DNA of 63,302 bases, filler included, from Dimargaris cristalligena (lineage: Eukaryota), in the NCBI GenBank assembly GCA_003614675.1. It is 9 parts of 9 records of this genome, joined end to end, with 100 filler letters (N's around TTAATTAATTAA, not from the genome) between each part and the next. Parts side by side here need not be neighbours in the genome. Positions count along the whole stretch, not along the records: positions 56,402 to 63,302 come from ML003472.1; 8 more parts are not named here. One strand, 5' to 3'. The notes below the pieces were generated by a model. It saw only the letters and a list, made by a program, of their open reading frames with translations, had not been told where the DNA came from and ran no database searches. The first letter of the stretch is position 1, and each line of letters begins with the position of its first letter. The position numbers and the translations under genes are program-made. This document shows, in pieces, positions 62,040-63,302 of the stretch.

Positions 62040-63000
62040 AAATATTCAATTATCATTTTTATGGACCTAAGCATTTACCACTCTTAGGGGTATTGGCCTA
62101 CATGCTGGACTCCCAAGGCCCTACACATATATGCATAATGTTAGTAAGACAGTTGTGCTTTCTAAAAACAATGAGGGCTAATTTAAGACCTTTATGCTCA
62201 ATGGACTCAGCCAGCTACCAAGGCATATCTTCCCCTGCAAACATTAAGGTTGGGGAGTTGTCCTGTAGGTGACACTGAATATTATCATAGGTAAGATTTA
62301 AACTTGATAGTGAGATAATAAATCGAGCTAGATTGATGGACCCTATCACTTAATCAGTACCTCTTATAATGGAAAATCCAATAATAGAGCAAAATATAAG
62401 AAGGTTTTTGAAAGCAATAGTCCTTGCATCAGTAAGTGGTTTATTATTCTTTAGGTATTGTATTTATTATAGGTAGACAAGTGTGTTTTTGTGATGCTTT
62501 CTAGTCATTTCCTGATTACAGTCAGGGAAGCAGAAATCTCATTATGAAACCCAAAGAAGATACTTGATAGGTAATAGCCATAGTGGAGATAATTAGCTGA
62601 GTATGTATAGCCATTTTTGAAATACTGATATAGCTATTCTTTAATGGGAACCATAATTAATAATGAGAGAAGCTGGTTTCTTTGGGAGGCCATTATTGAC
62701 TGGAGAAGTGTGAAATTGGATCTTAGGAAATATCTAGCCAATGCTGCCAACTAGAATTAGGGAGTGGCTGGAATGAAGTATTTGCTATGTCAAGAAAGAA
62801 ATGGGCCATGAGTTACAGTGATATAGGTGACATACAAATGAAATCTGACATTTAGCACAAAGGTCAACCAGGGTGAGGGTGAGGAGGAATGGGTAAGTTT
62901 TTGCAAAAACCAATGTGATTCAGTTGGGTCTTGTTCTGACACCTCTTATTGATAAGAATTATGGTTAATATTAAATGGACCATGTAAATATTTAGTACCA
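62040..63000 (-). mobile_element. Decayed Ty3/gypsy integrase remnant
   Basis: Minus strand retains FQPLP..SWQH..DIS*DPI..L and LLIMV (the LxPLP..PW..I..DFI..L integrase signature) with many stops. Confidence 0.5.
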
Positions 63001-63302
63001 GTATTTATAAAATACATTGTACTTACTCATCCAGCCTATCAGGGGCATGATCTTACCATTCAACTTATCCAAAGCTGGTCTTACTGTGCCATAGCACCTC
63101 CTCATTATAACTTCACTAGTGACCCAGTGATCCCTTATGATCCTTTGGTCAAAACCACCGGACTTCACTGATTACTCTCAAGCATTAATTCTGACTCCTT
63201 TGTTGTTGAAGAATATGTTCCTGTGTTCTTTATCCTATCCTGTTTTACCCAATTATGTTAGTTTATTCTGCTATCATGAGATCATTTATGTTAGCCACTT
63301 AT

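Overview
The window is not one locus. It is nine size-sorted contigs of about 6.9-7.0 kb (1-6982, 7083-14064, 14165-21142, 21243-28200, 28301-35239, 35340-42278, 42379-49290, 49391-56301, 56402-63302), joined by artificial 100-nt spacers (N44-TTAATTAATTAA-N44). Eight contigs are repeat-rich fungal nuclear DNA; an early-diverging fungus is my inference. They carry alpha-tubulin, an intron-containing succinyl-CoA ligase beta subunit, Asterix/WDR83OS, a spliced UBE2T-like E2, an M3 peptidase fragment, several orphan secreted proteins and a PD-(D/E)XK nuclease gene in a compact ORF cluster. They also carry many solo LTRs with 5-bp TSDs, a ~145-bp MITE family and decayed copia/gypsy pol fragments showing strong C>T/G>A decay. 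The outlier is contig 8 (49391-56301), a very AT-rich mitochondrial-plasmid-type replicon read with TGA=Trp. It encodes an intact 855-aa T7-like RNA polymerase and one uninterrupted 1396-aa ORF in which a protein-primed family B DNA polymerase is flanked by N-terminal hydrophobic segments and fused to a C-terminal TM/acidic/coiled-coil/TM module. The contig ends overlap as a 50-bp direct repeat, implying a circle or end-joined form of about 6856 bp. It has no long terminal inverted repeats, only a 41-bp divergent junction containing a 10-bp inverted repeat.
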